From positions 224,001-288,000 of the forward strand of contig OZ247587.1 in the NCBI GenBank assembly GCA_965233865.1: 64,000 bases of DNA, written 5' to 3'. Position numbers and translations under genes: made by a program. Numbering within the stretch: the first letter of the stretch is position 1; every line of letters starts with the position of its first letter. Under the pieces are notes generated by a model, which worked only from the letters and a program-made list of their open reading frames with translations, ran no database searches and was not told the origin of the DNA. Below, in pieces: positions 21,067-32,322 of this stretch. Source of the DNA: Candidatus Neptunichlamydia sp. (GTDB lineage: Bacteria; Chlamydiota; Chlamydiia; Chlamydiales; Simkaniaceae).

Positions 21067-22405
21067 TTAAAAGATCTTCCTGAGCTTCTGGAATTCCTAT
21101 AGCAAAGTATCGAAATCCCTTTGTTGCCATCTCTTTAGGGTGGTATTGATTTCTCCCATCGAAAAATGCATTTCCTCGCATTTTAGACAAAATTGTCTTT
21201 AAATTCACAAATCGAAATTGCTTCCACTCTGTTACAAGGACGATGGCATCGGCATTGTGCGCTGCTTGATATTCGCTTACACAAAAACGGATCTCTTCTT
21301 GATCTTCAAGGATCTTTTTTGCGTTCTCCATAGCAATGGGATCGTAGAGGCGGAGATTGGCACCTTTTTCGATCAATGAGTAGATGAGGGTGAGCGCTGG
21401 GGCATCTCGCATGTCATCAGTGTTAGGCTTAAAGGAAAGTCCCCATATTGCAATTGTTTTTCCTCTCACGCTATCTTTATTGGCAAAGTACTCAGAGACT
21501 TTTTTAGAGAGGCGGTTTTTCTGTTTTTCGTTGATTTCTTCAATGGCATTCAAAAGGGGAGTTTCGCAATTCAAATCTTGTGCTAAAGCTGCTAAGGACC
21601 GGACGTCTTTTGGAAAGCATGATCCTCCGTATCCTGCGCCAGCGTAAAGGAAGTGGTATCCAATGCGGTGGTCTCCACTCATCCCTTTTCGGACCGTATT
21701 GATGTTGGCCCCGACTTTTTCGCACATCCACGATAGCTCATTCATAAAGGAAATTCGCGTGGCAAGCATTGCATTTGAAGCGTATTTTGTGAGTTCTGCA
21801 GACTCGATATCCATCACCAGAATCCGGTTATGGTTGAAGGTAAATGAAGAGTACAAATGCTGCAAGATGAGGGTTGCTTTTTCGCTATCGCTTCCAATGA
21901 TAATGCGATCAGGTTTCATGCAGTTGTCAATAGCAGAGCCTTCTTTCAGGAATTCAGGGCATGATACTACATCAAAAGGAACTTTTTTCAAAAGATGACT
22001 TTCAATGAGTAATTTTAATCGCTTTACCGTTCCTACAGGGGCTGTTGATTTATTAACGATGACAGTATATTCCTGGAGGTTTTTTGCAATAGAAATCGCT
22101 GCAGCTTCAACCTGTGATAGATCTGCCCTTCCTTCCTTGCCTTCGGGAGTGCCTACTGCAATAAAGCAAGCCTCTGCACCTTTGACTGCTTCGTAGTTTA
22201 TTGAGAATACAAGGCGTTTTTCTTTTTGATTACGCTCGACCAGTTCCTTGAGTCCTGGCTCAAAAAAAGGGATTGTCCCTTTCTTTAGCTTTTCAATTTT
22301 GTTTTTATCGATATCAATACACGTGACATTGTGCCCCATTTCAGCAAAACAGGTTCCCGTGACAAGGCCCACATAGCCTACACCAACAACAATAATTTTA
22401 GTCAT
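20984..22405 (-). CDS. ugd: UDP-glucose 6-dehydrogenase
   Basis: GVGYVG, PEFLKEG, GYGGSCFPKD, GLSFKPNTDDMR. Confidence 0.95.
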   Translation of the reverse strand: MTKIIVVGVGYVGLVTGTCFAEMGHNVTCIDIDKNKIEKLKKGTIPFFEPGLKELVERNQKEKRLVFSINYEAVKGAEACFIAVGTPEGKEGRADLSQVEAAAISIAKNLQEYTVIVNKSTAPVGTVKRLKLLIESHLLKKVPFDVVSCPEFLKEGSAIDNCMKPDRIIIGSDSEKATLILQHLYSSFTFNHNRILVMDIESAELTKYASNAMLATRISFMNELSWMCEKVGANINTVRKGMSGDHRIGYHFLYAGAGYGGSCFPKDVRSLAALAQDLNCETPLLNAIEEINEKQKNRLSKKVSEYFANKDSVRGKTIAIWGLSFKPNTDDMRDAPALTLIYSLIEKGANLRLYDPIAMENAKKILEDQEEIRFCVSEYQAAHNADAIVLVTEWKQFRFVNLKTILSKMRGNAFFDGRNQYHPKEMATKGFRYFAIGIPEAQEDLLNELCSIGTKKANRYDNSRLDHDTTHAH

Positions 22406-23069
22406 GAGGTGATTCCGTTAACTCTAATACTCCACTCTGCAGAGTATAGATAAAGTCGCACTGCTTTGCAAGAGCATGATTATGGGTGACGATAATGAGG
22501 CCTTTTCCAAGGCTTTTTGCTTTAGAGATTAAAATGTCATGGATACGATCAGAATTGGCATTATCGAGATTTCCAGAAGGTTCATCTGCAAGAATTAAAT
22601 CGGGGTTATTGCAAAGAGCTCGCGCAATGGCGGCTCGCTGCTTTTCCCCGCCCGATAGTTGCTTTGCTAGGTGGTGAAGATGAGATTCTAGACCCACTTC
22701 CAAAAGCAAGCGCTTTGCTTCCTTCTCTTTACCCCCTAATCGTCCGATGCGGTTTGGCATCAAGACATTTTCTAAAACTGAATATTCATCGAGAAGGTTG
22801 TAATTTTGAAAGACAAATCCAATATGCTGATTACGAAGCAAAATTCCCTGCTCTCCAAGGGCATTTCGCCCTGCGATTTCAAGGCTACCCCCGCTTGGCT
22901 GATCAAGCGTCCCTAAGATGTGCAGTAAAGTACTTTTTCCTACACCGGAAGGTCCCATTATTGCTACAGTTTCACCAGGGTTAACCGTGAGAGAAACCTC
23001 TTCCAAAATGTTGCACTTTGAGGGATGAAAAAAGGATTTTTTTAAACCTTTTGCGACCAGGACTGCCAT
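22398..23069 (-). CDS. lolD: Lipoprotein-releasing ABC transporter ATPase
   Basis: [27 protein letters not shown]; downstream of the LolC/E permease. Confidence 0.85.
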   Translation of the reverse strand: MAVLVAKGLKKSFFHPSKCNILEEVSLTVNPGETVAIMGPSGVGKSTLLHILGTLDQPSGGSLEIAGRNALGEQGILLRNQHIGFVFQNYNLLDEYSVLENVLMPNRIGRLGGKEKEAKRLLLEVGLESHLHHLAKQLSGGEKQRAAIARALCNNPDLILADEPSGNLDNANSDRIHDILISKAKSLGKGLIIVTHNHALAKQCDFIYTLQSGVLELTESPHD

Positions 23070-25138
23070 TATTCGGACCTCAGAATTTGTGAAGGATGGA
23101 GTTTGGTTGCCTTGACTGCAGGAACGAGCCCAGCAAGTAGTGAAATGATCGGTGTGGCGATTAGAATAAAAATCAGCGCGTGGTTACTTAATTGGTTTGG
23201 CAGAGATTTTCCATAGAAGACTACATTGAATGCATCATGTCCCTGTAAGAAGCTTAGGAAGCTGACGACGCTATCAATATTATGGAGAGTGAGAATCGCA
23301 GCTCCCGTTCCAATTAGCGTACTGAGCGTTCCCATGATTCCACCGCACAGGGTAAAAATGAGGGCGATACTTTTTTTAGATGCTCCCATGGCGCTTAAGA
23401 TCGCAATCTCTCTCTTTTTATCATTTACCAAAATAACAAGAAGAGAAATAATGTTACTGCAGGCAACAATAAGGACAATCCCTCCAATCAAGGTAAAGAG
23501 GTACTTATCACTTTGAAATTGTTGCAAAAGATCCTTAGCAAAGTCATACTCATGAAAGGTCGTAACATTCCAATAAGAGGAAAGCCCCTCTTTTTGAAAG
23601 GCAGCGTCTAGCTTTTCTTTGACCTCGCTAGCGCTTCCTAAATCTTCTAAGTAGACTTGAATACCATTCACCATATTGGGGTCAAAGATAGACTGAGAGG
23701 CGGCATTGATTGCATGAACAAGCTCAGGCTGTGCCAAGATGACCTTGGCGCCAATTGCCATCACGCCGGGGTCGTAAAAACCAACAATTCGGACGGGGAG
23801 GCGTTGTTCTTGCACTGAGCTGCTAGTTGCAGCTCCATATGAGAAATAGCCCACATCCCCCAGTTCCACCTTACTATTTTGAAAGTGTTTAGGGAGAACA
23901 ACAGCAGGAGTGTCTCCATCAGGTAAGTATGCTTCATCCCCAATAAAATAGGGCCATGGAGGCATGACTCGTGGGGTATTTTCAAAGTGGCTTACAATGT
24001 TTGCATGCTCCACTTCGATTCCTTCCCAGGGGATTTGTCCCGAAATTTTTCGTCCTTGAAGGAATGCCTTTACATGAAAGCGGAAGTCGCTTAGAGATTT
24101 AACTCCTTTTTTTTCATAGGGAGAGAGAGTTGCTTCCATTGACATCCTTCCCTCAATATAAAGAGGAACAGAAAAACTAACTGTATGGCTGCTTCCATCC
24201 CTTCCTACATAATGGAGGCGTCCCTGACTCTTTTTGATTTTTCCACTTCCCTCTTTCGGTCTTACAGGAAAGACAATTTGGCTAATCATTCCATTTTTTA
24301 TTGGAGCATAGACATCGAATTCTTCCTCTTCGGGTAGTAGCGTTGCGAGGGCTTGCCATCGGTGGGAAGTTGTTTTCATCCCCTGAATTTCCAAGTTGGA
24401 TAGCAGAGATTCTAGTCGGGATTGAAACTCAGAAATTGAAACTTGCTCGACTTCTTCAGGAGTATCTTCACTGACTCCATTCATCGAGACATCAGCTAAG
24501 AAAAAGAGGTGGTTGAGATCTTCCATGCGAGGCGTCTCAATAAGAGTTGGAAGAAGGGGGTTTCTGCCGCTGAAGGAGGAGATGTATGAAACCTGAGTTA
24601 AGTAACCTTGCCCCCGCTCTTGGGATTGTGAAAACAGAATCCCTTGTGGACGGACCATACGAAGCTTTAGGACGGCCCCTGACACCTCATAATCCTGAGC
24701 AGTAAGCTGAAGGTTATCAATGATCCCGAAGGCTCCCTTCACCAGATCTTTTGGAGAACCATTTTCGTTGCTGAGTTTTTCAGGCCAGCGGCGAGGGATA
24801 GCTTGATCTTCATCGGGAGCATAAGGGTCCGTAAGGAGCGTTGAGGCTTTTTCTCTAATACTCTTGTAGCGGTAATCGGAAGCGTTGCTAATACTGTCAA
24901 CTTGATAGTAATAGGAGTGGTAATATTCTTCTGTAGGGGTGATTCGGATCGGAGCATTAAGGGAGGTGAGCTTTTTTAGCCAATTCTTTTCGATCCCATC
25001 CGTAACAGACAGGAAAACAAGAACGAGCCAAACAACGAGAGAGATTACCCCAACAGACATTAGGGCAATTAGGGACATCGATAATTGCCGCTTCCTTGGG
25101 ATGAGGTATTTGCGAGCAATCGAAAATTCAAATATCAC
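23069..25138 (-). CDS. LolC/E-type (FtsX-like) ABC permease with large periplasmic insert
   Basis: IARKYL...TM; C-terminal [14 protein letters not shown] plus three TMs and [10 protein letters not shown]. Confidence 0.88.
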   Translation of the reverse strand: MIFEFSIARKYLIPRKRQLSMSLIALMSVGVISLVVWLVLVFLSVTDGIEKNWLKKLTSLNAPIRITPTEEYYHSYYYQVDSISNASDYRYKSIREKASTLLTDPYAPDEDQAIPRRWPEKLSNENGSPKDLVKGAFGIIDNLQLTAQDYEVSGAVLKLRMVRPQGILFSQSQERGQGYLTQVSYISSFSGRNPLLPTLIETPRMEDLNHLFFLADVSMNGVSEDTPEEVEQVSISEFQSRLESLLSNLEIQGMKTTSHRWQALATLLPEEEEFDVYAPIKNGMISQIVFPVRPKEGSGKIKKSQGRLHYVGRDGSSHTVSFSVPLYIEGRMSMEATLSPYEKKGVKSLSDFRFHVKAFLQGRKISGQIPWEGIEVEHANIVSHFENTPRVMPPWPYFIGDEAYLPDGDTPAVVLPKHFQNSKVELGDVGYFSYGAATSSSVQEQRLPVRIVGFYDPGVMAIGAKVILAQPELVHAINAASQSIFDPNMVNGIQVYLEDLGSASEVKEKLDAAFQKEGLSSYWNVTTFHEYDFAKDLLQQFQSDKYLFTLIGGIVLIVACSNIISLLVILVNDKKREIAILSAMGASKKSIALIFTLCGGIMGTLSTLIGTGAAILTLHNIDSVVSFLSFLQGHDAFNVVFYGKSLPNQLSNHALIFILIATPIISLLAGLVPAVKATKLHPSQILRSE

Positions 25139-25296
25139 TTGGCTTCTTTAAAAACGACGTGGCGTCTGAGGTTTTTATCGTACTTTTTTAGCTCAATTCT
25201 ATCAGGCGTATTGCGCTTATTCTTAAAAGTCCAATAGGTTTCAGCACTCTCCGTGCTCTTAAGTCGAATCTTTTCGCGTGCGCCTTTCTTTGCCAT
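25135..25296 (-). CDS. rpmG: 50S ribosomal protein L33, cysteine-free form (absent from the ORF track)
   Basis: Manual translation [57 protein letters not shown] overlap with the permease start. Confidence 0.95.
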   Translation of the reverse strand: MAKKGAREKIRLKSTESAETYWTFKNKRNTPDRIELKKYDKNLRRHVVFKEAK

Positions 25297-25368
25297 AGTT
25301 CAAATTCCTTTGTTCCCAACAATCCTAACCGATCTTACGAAAAAAGTCTAGCCTAGATATTTTAGATT

Positions 25369-26358
25369 TTATGAAATATTCAGGCGAGGATAAGCATGCA
25401 CTTCATTAGAAAAATTTTTCCTTTGATAGAGGTGGAAGCCAAGTCCTGCAATCATTGCGCCATTATCAACACTCAGTCCCTCTCCGGGATAAAACACAGG
25501 ATAAGGAGATTTTTCAAATAGCTCACGGAGCCTTTGGTTTTGAGTAACCCCTCCACCACAGTATATCGCTTGACAATCGAAGGTGATGGCAGCTTTTAAA
25601 GCTTTATTCACAATGTCTTCAAGAGCCGCGTCTTGAAAGCTTGCTGCAATGTGTTTTTTCTCTTCATCGGCGATTATCGAGGGAGCCCTTTTGTCACAAT
25701 TTGCTCCTTTTAGCGTGTATAGGACATTTGTTTTGAGGCCACTAAAAGAAAAATATATAGGGCGGCCTTTGACCTGACCTGCTCGAAAGGGGTACTTATC
25801 TGCGTCTCCATGCAAAGCAAGTTTTTCAATATGGGGTCCTCCAGGGTAGGGGAATCCTAAGAGCGCTGCGACTTTATCAAATGCTTCACCGACGGCATCA
25901 TCTACCGTAGTTCCTAGAATCTCGTAATCGCAGATGCTTGTCATTTTTGCTAGGAATGTATGCCCTCCAGAGGCAACGATTCCCAAGGCGGGGAAACGGG
26001 GTTCTTCGTCCATCATAGCAGAGTAAAGATGAGCTTCGACATGGTTTACCCCAACAAGGGGTTTACTCCACCCGTAGGCCAAAGTTTTAGCTCCGACAAC
26101 GCCCATAAGAAGAGCCCCCATTAGTCCGGGTCCATTTGCCACGGCAATCAAATCGATCTCGTGACCTTCAACTGCCTGTTCCACTAAAGGAATCAATTGG
26201 TCAATATGGTGGCGGGAAGCAACTTCTGGATAGACTCCACCAAACTGCTGATGAACCTTTGCTTGTGAGGCAATGAGGTTAATTAAAATATTCACTCCAT
26301 CTTCGACAATAGCCACAGCTGTTTCGTCGCAAGATGTTTCAATTCCAAGGATTTTCAT
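25369..26358 (-). CDS. tsaD: tRNA N6-adenosine threonylcarbamoyltransferase
   Basis: ILGIETSCDETA, HVEAH, SGGHT, DDAVGEAFDK, DNGAMIA. Confidence 0.97.
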   Translation of the reverse strand: MKILGIETSCDETAVAIVEDGVNILINLIASQAKVHQQFGGVYPEVASRHHIDQLIPLVEQAVEGHEIDLIAVANGPGLMGALLMGVVGAKTLAYGWSKPLVGVNHVEAHLYSAMMDEEPRFPALGIVASGGHTFLAKMTSICDYEILGTTVDDAVGEAFDKVAALLGFPYPGGPHIEKLALHGDADKYPFRAGQVKGRPIYFSFSGLKTNVLYTLKGANCDKRAPSIIADEEKKHIAASFQDAALEDIVNKALKAAITFDCQAIYCGGGVTQNQRLRELFEKSPYPVFYPGEGLSVDNGAMIAGLGFHLYQRKNFSNEVHAYPRLNIS

Positions 26359-26453
26359 AGGTAAAAGTATATCAAATTCCTAGTTTTTTTACTTGTGAAA
26401 TATCTCATTAAAAATGAAATAATCCTCCGCAATTCAAAATTTAGGAGTTACAG

Positions 26454-27443
26454 ATGTCTGAAATAGATTTTGCCCTTTTGGGCCCTTCAGGTGAACATTT
26501 TGCAGAGTGGGATTATGACCGGCAATGCGAAGATGAAATTACGTTTGCGCCAAGTCAACCTTCATTCATTGAACAAAAGAACTTTGTTCAGCATCCTTTA
26601 AACCAACGGATTACGTATAATGTAAATGAGAAGTTTACATTTTCTCTTGTTGACAATTTGATTCAAGTAAAAAATTTTTCAAAATCTTTTAGAGAAGTGA
26701 AGGCAGACTTTTAGCAGTCAAAGCGATTGACGACTGGTCTAACAACGCCTGTAGGGACGCCTACTTTAGGAGCATTAGCAGCAGCTGGCGGACTTTTTCC
26801 CCTTGCATCTGGAGCTTTAGGAATCGGCACTGTTGCTCTTTTTATTTTTGGAGCATACCGAACCTATCAAACGCATAAACAGGTGGGGCTTTGGCAGAAA
26901 AATCTTCCTGAATCTATAGCAACGCAGAGAAAAGAAGCGTTCGATACAGGTCTTCTTTCGATTTATATCAAAGACGATCTAGGGGCAAAATCTCAGCCGG
27001 CCCTCTTCTCAAAGGTTTTAAGCACTGTTGAGCTCAATGGACTTTACCTTGAATATTTTGATGCAATGCAAAAGGAAATGGCGGGTGCCCACAGCGCAAA
27101 GGGAAAAATTGCTCTTCTTGAGTCTGCGGCAAAATATAGCCCTCTTGGCGAGAAAATGATGAATTTTGTGAGACTTCACCCTCATTATGGAGTCTCTCTT
27201 ACCCTCTACCATCAAGAGCATGCTAAATTCGTAAAGACCTTTAATATGGTTGAAAACATGGTGAGCGATAAAATTGAGGATGTGAAGCAAAAAGCTCAAG
27301 AGAACATTGATTCTGTTTCTCAAAGTAAGCAGCCAGCTCTTGCTGTGGCCTATACAACTTATACTCTGTATAAGAGAAATGCTGAGTCAAAGCTAGCCCT
27401 TAGGAGCTCAGTACGATCACTATCGACAAGTAGCTCAAAATGA
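26454..27443 (+). pseudogene. Membrane-anchored hypothetical protein split by an in-frame TAG (26712-26714)
   Basis: ORFs 26454..26714 and 26727..27443 share a frame; only the first has an RBS (AGGAG); long hydrophobic hairpin in the second. Confidence 0.55.
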
Positions 27444-27808
27444 GTACCGAACAACCATTGAGCAAGCGCAGTCGATTCGTGATACTTCGGTGCGCCTTAT
27501 CTCATTGCCAAAGAGAAGCCTGGCCAAAAGAAAAAAACAGATCAATAGATCCCGCAACATTGACGGGTGAAGACCTGCACAAAATCCGGCTAGAAATGAA
27601 CCTAACCGTTAAGGAGTTTGCTGAAGCCATAGGAGTAACGCCGGCCTCTATTTATCGGTGGGAGCAAATAGAAGGAATTCTAAAGCTACGGAAGCACTCC
27701 TTCAAAGCTATCCTAGCAATTCTAGAAAAAGAGTGGCAATGTGAGTTAGTCTCCCTTACTCCTTATTATCAAACAGTTAAGGTAGCCCATAAAGTACGTT
27801 TGACGTAA
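27440..27808 (+). CDS. XRE-family HTH protein
   Basis: IRLEMNLTVKEFAEAIGVTPASIYRWEQ. Confidence 0.75.
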   Translation: MSTEQPLSKRSRFVILRCALSHCQREAWPKEKNRSIDPATLTGEDLHKIRLEMNLTVKEFAEAIGVTPASIYRWEQIEGILKLRKHSFKAILAILEKEWQCELVSLTPYYQTVKVAHKVRLT

Positions 27809-27828
27809 TGCATAATAAATGTTAAGAT
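27800..27828 (+). promoter_or_regulatory. higBA promoter (leaderless-type)
   Basis: TTGACG-N17-TAAGAT ending 6 nt before the higB ATG. Confidence 0.6.
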
Positions 27829-27834
27829 TAAGGA

Positions 27835-28113
27835 ATGATTCGATCATTCAATGATAAGAACGCAAAAGCTCTGTATGAAGGTAAACCTGTAAAGAAATGG
27901 AAGTCTTTTGCTCGACAGGTAGAAAAGCGGCTTCTTATTCTAGATATGGCAACATCATTGAATGACTTAAAAAATCTGCCCAGTAATAGATTCGAACTTT
28001 TAAAGGGGGATCGAAGGGGGCAATATGGTATTCGAATCAATAGGCAATGGAGGATTTGTTTCCGTTGGACAGAAGGAGAACCACATGATGTGGAAATTAT
28101 AGATTATCATTAG
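27835..28113 (+). CDS. higB: HigB (RelE/ParE family) toxin
   Basis: MIRSF...PSNRFELLKGDRRGQYGIRINRQWRICFRW...VEIIDYH. Confidence 0.93.
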   Translation: MIRSFNDKNAKALYEGKPVKKWKSFARQVEKRLLILDMATSLNDLKNLPSNRFELLKGDRRGQYGIRINRQWRICFRWTEGEPHDVEIIDYH

Positions 28114-28128
28114 GAGAGAGGTATTAAA

Positions 28129-28428
28129 ATGCCAAATAAAATGAAACCAATACATCCAGGAGAGATTCTTGAAGGGGAGCTTGAAGAAACTAATTTATCT
28201 GCTAGCGCTTTAGCTAAATATCTTTCTGTTCCTCCTAATAGAATCTATTCTATAATTAATAAGCAAAGATCTATTACAGCTGACACTGCTCTACGCCTTG
28301 CAAAATTTTTTGGGACTTCTCCAGAGTTCTGGCTAAATCTGCAATCTGATTTTGATTTAAAAACGGCTATCAAGAAAAGCGGGGAAAAAATCGAAAAGGA
28401 AGTTATTTCCTCTAGTAAAGTGGCCTGA
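28129..28428 (+). CDS. higA: HigA antitoxin
   Basis: PIHPGEIL, ITADTALRLAKFFGTSPEFWLNLQ. Confidence 0.95.
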   Translation: MPNKMKPIHPGEILEGELEETNLSASALAKYLSVPPNRIYSIINKQRSITADTALRLAKFFGTSPEFWLNLQSDFDLKTAIKKSGEKIEKEVISSSKVA

Positions 28429-28597
28429 ACCTAAGACTCAGCTAATGACATATCCTTGCTTTTAGTCTCTTTCTTCTTTTCGTAAAGCGCCAATATAGCT
28501 TCACAGGCAATTGTCGGAGGAAACATTTTAACTGATTTTGAAAAATGTGCACTGTTTAGATTGAGATCGTTCTTACCCCCGCGACGCTACCAGTGCT

Positions 28598-28722
28598 TAT
28601 GAAAGCCTTAAAGAACTAAAAAAGGGACTAGAGGCGTATTTTGAGTTTTATAATGGACAGCGCCGTCACCAGAGTTTGGGATATCAGACGCCGTCAGAGA
28701 TCTATTATGGAACAGAGGTATA
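28598..28722 (+). mobile_element. IS3 orfB 3' fragment
   Basis: Near-identical to the reverse complement of about 5900-6020 (YESLKELKKGLE.YFEFYNGQRRHQSLGYQTPSEIYYG). Confidence 0.85.
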
Positions 28723-28801
28723 ACCGAATGTTGTGTCTGGGAATAAATGAGCGTATCTTTGGAAAGTTGAATAAATTTTCCATAAATAAGGAGATACGCT
28801 C

Positions 28802-29282
28802 ATGGAAAAGTATGATAAATTACCAGGATTTCAGCAAGGTTTAGAAGAGGTAGTGCGAGAAGGAGCGCGAAAAATGCTTCACCAAGCGATTGAAAATGAA
28901 GTAGAAGAGTTTATAAAACAATGCAGTAATTCAAAAGATGAAAATGGCCATATAACTGTGAAGAGGAACGGCTACCTTCTAGAAAGAGAAATCCAAACTG
29001 GAGTAAGTGCCATAAAAGTCAAGAAGCCTCGGGTTAAAGGAGAAGAGTTCACAAGCGCGATCTTGCCAAAATATATGAGGAGGGCCCTAAGCATTGATGC
29101 TCTCATTCCAGCCCTTTATCTCAAGGGCATTTCTACAGGGAATATGAGTGAAGATTTGGTAGCGATATTGGGAGATCACGCCAAAGGATTATCAGCAACA
29201 AACGTTGGTGGCAAGACCGAGATCTATCGAGTAAAGAGTATATTTACTTTTGGGCTGATGGGATTTATTTCAATGTCAGGTA
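28802..29282 (+). pseudogene. IS256 family transposase N-terminal fragment
   Basis: RNGY..REIQTG, FTSAILPKY, LYLKGISTG; shifted frame gives YFWADGIYFNVR. Confidence 0.85.
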
Positions 29283-29692
29283 TTCTTCTCGCCGATTTTG
29301 GTAACAACTTTCACTACATGATTAAGATCTAATAGACTTCCATGATCTGCATAATTTAATGCATACTTTTTATCCGTGTCTAATGTTTTAATTTCGGTTC
29401 CATCCGACAGCTTACCGCTATCTAACGCATATAAAACATTAAAAGAATGTTCATTAACAAAATCGGATCCCTCTAAATTTTTACCAGAAATTAGTTTCTC
29501 GCTATTATTGGGATTATATTTGTTCGGAGCTATAAGTAGCTGACCAAGATTTGCTATCTTCTCGTCAGTTTGGTTGATTGTTAGGGCGTCCTCTTGTTCT
29601 TCAAAATCATAGCTGGGATTAAATTTTGATTGGACATTATCTAATTTATTCATAATAATTCTTATTATAATTTTTAAATTTTTGGGTTTTTT

Positions 29693-30478
29693 ATGTTAAG
29701 TATTAACTTTAATTATAACAAAAACGGAATTAATAATCAGTTAATTGGGTTTGATTTAAAAGAAATAGACCCATATACACAATCTTCTTTTGAAACACTT
29801 ATTAATCAAAGCTTTACAGAAGATTATGTTCATAACCATCAGATAATAAACCCAATGACTCGACAAGAAATAAAAGATTTCCATATATATGTTATTTCTT
29901 CAGAAGAATCTGATTTTAAGTTGTATATGAATAAAGACTCCATTATGCAACCGCCCAATCATCTACCTTTATTTTGGAACAACCCCAACAGATCAGTAGA
30001 ATCAAGAGTTTATTTTTTATTAGAATACGGTAAACACTTAGAAAATAGTCAGATTGAGTTGTCCATTAATGCTTACGAAATCGCCTCTAGCCTTGGCAGC
30101 ATTACAGCAAAACTACGGCTATCCCGTATATATGGGCAGAGAGGGAATAAAGATCTAACTATTAAATGGCTAAAATCAAGTATTGATTCTGAAGATATCA
30201 GTGTTGGTAATGCTTTTTGCTGTGGAAAACAGTTTGAAATGTGCGAAAGAATCGATTTAGCTTTAGAAGCTTATACTCTTTCTGCAGAAAAAGGTAGTCT
30301 AGTGGGTCTTGCGGAATTAATTAAGATTTCAGAGCAAATGCAAAACACTGATAACAGAGTCCAAATAGAAAAATGGCGGCAAAAACTCCCTGAAACATGG
30401 AGAGAAGCACTCATAGAAGATTTTTTCAAACACCTTAAAGAAATCAACTATGACTACAAACGTACTGGATATCCATGA
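29693..30478 (+). CDS. Hypothetical protein with Sel1/TPR-like helical repeats
   Basis: AYEIASSLGSITA, IKWLKSS, AYTLSAEKGS resemble Sel1 repeats. Confidence 0.55.
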   Translation: MLSINFNYNKNGINNQLIGFDLKEIDPYTQSSFETLINQSFTEDYVHNHQIINPMTRQEIKDFHIYVISSEESDFKLYMNKDSIMQPPNHLPLFWNNPNRSVESRVYFLLEYGKHLENSQIELSINAYEIASSLGSITAKLRLSRIYGQRGNKDLTIKWLKSSIDSEDISVGNAFCCGKQFEMCERIDLALEAYTLSAEKGSLVGLAELIKISEQMQNTDNRVQIEKWRQKLPETWREALIEDFFKHLKEINYDYKRTGYP

Positions 30479-30821
30479 GATCCTAGAAAGAGATTAGAAG
30501 AGTCTTAATAGGACATTCATTATCCTTGATGTAAGAAATCAGGGATTACGTAAATTTTCTATAAGGGAATAGAAGTAATATTCGCAAGTATTTCATAAAC
30601 AGTTAAGTGACTCAATTCCTAGCATCTCTCCTAATAGCAAGCCGTGGAAAAAAATGTACGTTCTAATATCCACTTGTGATATACTATCTTTTCATTTATT
30701 TACTGAATCACGGAGGTTTAATCATGTCAATGATAAGTCGATTGGTATCTAGTTTTTCAAGCTCTTTATATTTTACTTCAGCAATTAAAACCATTAATCC
30801 ACACCACTTATCAAAAATAAG

Positions 30822-31151
30822 TTGATAGATGCTCTATTTCTTGTCTCATTTTGGGAGAAAAACCCCGCATTTGCAATGCGCAGCCTCAACATAGGCCGAA
30901 TTGACCTTATGACAGAAATACCTGAAACGATTTGTATTTTTGAGCTTAAGTTTGACAAAACAGCAGAGGTTGCATTAACTCAAGCAGAAACAAAAAAATA
31001 CAGAGAACGTTTTTCCAAAAATAGAAAAAACACTCTCTTAATAGGAGTTAATTTTAGCTCAAAATCTCGTAATATTGATGATTGGAAGGGAAAGCTTCTT
31101 TCTGAATCTGGAGAACTGGTCAAAGAAATTCTCTCAGAAAAAGGGAACTAA
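30822..31151 (+). pseudogene. C-terminal PD-(D/E)XK nuclease domain fragment (AAA-ATPase-associated type)
   Basis: GRIDL...IFELK...AL.QA..KKY...IGVNFS; no N-terminal part present. Confidence 0.7.
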
Positions 31152-31391
31152 ACAACGCCTCGCCTATAAGTCGAGGGGTTCATTAGGGGTCGATTTAAAA
31201 TCGACTATTATCTTGTAGAGGCTCACTTTCTTGTTCGTCAATGTATGACTGAATCATTGTTTACAGAAAAGGGATCTCTGCAAAAAATGAGCAAGCTAGA
31301 GTTTCTGGAATGAGCGAAGTTGATGCACGGAACCCACAAACATCCTTTCAAAACAGCCATCCCTATGCCAGCGATGAAAGGTACGGAATAT

Positions 31392-31450
31392 GCAATCAAA
31401 TAAAGCGTTTCATATAAATTAGGGGCAAAATAAACTAGCAATGAGTTGCT
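31392..31450 (-). mobile_element. Left-end remnant of the IS5-family element at 47308
   Basis: Reverse complement matches AGCAACTCATTGCTAGTTTATTTTGCCCCTAATTT.TATGAAACGCTTTATTTGATTGCA. Confidence 0.85.
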
Positions 31451-31507
31451 ACTTTCTTGTGATGCTTTTCCGTATTTTGTCTCTTGGTCTCATTTTGAAA
31501 TAATTTA

Positions 31508-31993
31508 TTGTTTGAGAAAATAATCTCTATCCCCTATATTCCCCGAATACCAGAGTTAAAGAAGGACTTAAACACCGTGGTTTTTTGTAGATATATCCCA
31601 ATTTTACTTGGATCACTCTTTATTTCGGTTGTTTCCTCCTCTGTCTTTGCTTCTGTTACCCCTCAAACATTACACGCTTGCTACTTGCTAGTTCTAGATG
31701 GGCATAAAGAAGAATCTTCTAATGCTTTGATGTCTTCTTTCGAGTCTCCGAGTGCAGATCTAGAATTTTTGTGTAATCAATTCTTAACATGGTCTGCTGG
31801 AGATAATTGTGAGATGAGCTCCCCTCTGAATAAGTCAGCTTATTTTGTTATTCAAGGAGATAAAAAGAGTGCTGTAAATGTGATTGAGGGTTTCTTTCCT
31901 TCATTCTCAAAAGACATTCATGATTTCTCTGAATCCTTTTTTGATTGGGGATTGTCTGTTATAGAGCTTGATAAATTGGTTAGAGAAAAATGA
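31508..31993 (+). CDS. Putative exported protein with a two-fold internal repeat
   Basis: Signal-like segment ending SSVFA; two roughly 40-aa units Y.V..G.K....N....F.S.S.D...F...F..W. Confidence 0.65.
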   Translation: MFEKIISIPYIPRIPELKKDLNTVVFCRYIPILLGSLFISVVSSSVFASVTPQTLHACYLLVLDGHKEESSNALMSSFESPSADLEFLCNQFLTWSAGDNCEMSSPLNKSAYFVIQGDKKSAVNVIEGFFPSFSKDIHDFSESFFDWGLSVIELDKLVREK

Positions 31994-32322
31994 TTCGATG
32001 GTTTCTTGCTTTATTTTTGGTTTTTGGCACTAGTGGTGTGTTGTTTGCTGAAGAAGAGAACGATTCGGATGAAAAACCTCATAGCTCAGCTGAGATAGCT
32101 CTTGATATAACTAAAGGCATTGTGTACTCCGCTGGTGCAGGTGTCGCTGCTGCAAGACTAAATGTCCCTGGTGCTATTGGCGGGATTATTGCTGGAGCTG
32201 AAAGCTTTAAAAAAGCAGGGGATAAAGCTTTTGAGAATATCGAATATGAGAGAGATAGGGACAGTAATCAGTATGAAAGAGAAACAGAAAATGATCGTGA
32301 TAGCTGGGATAGGAATTACTAG
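31990..32322 (+). CDS. Small exported Gly/Ala-rich protein with ENDRDSWDRNY tail
   Basis: Sec-like signal MIRWFLALFLVFGTSGVLFA, hydrophobic Gly-zipper hairpin, acidic tail. Confidence 0.75.
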   Translation: MIRWFLALFLVFGTSGVLFAEEENDSDEKPHSSAEIALDITKGIVYSAGAGVAAARLNVPGAIGGIIAGAESFKKAGDKAFENIEYERDRDSNQYERETENDRDSWDRNY

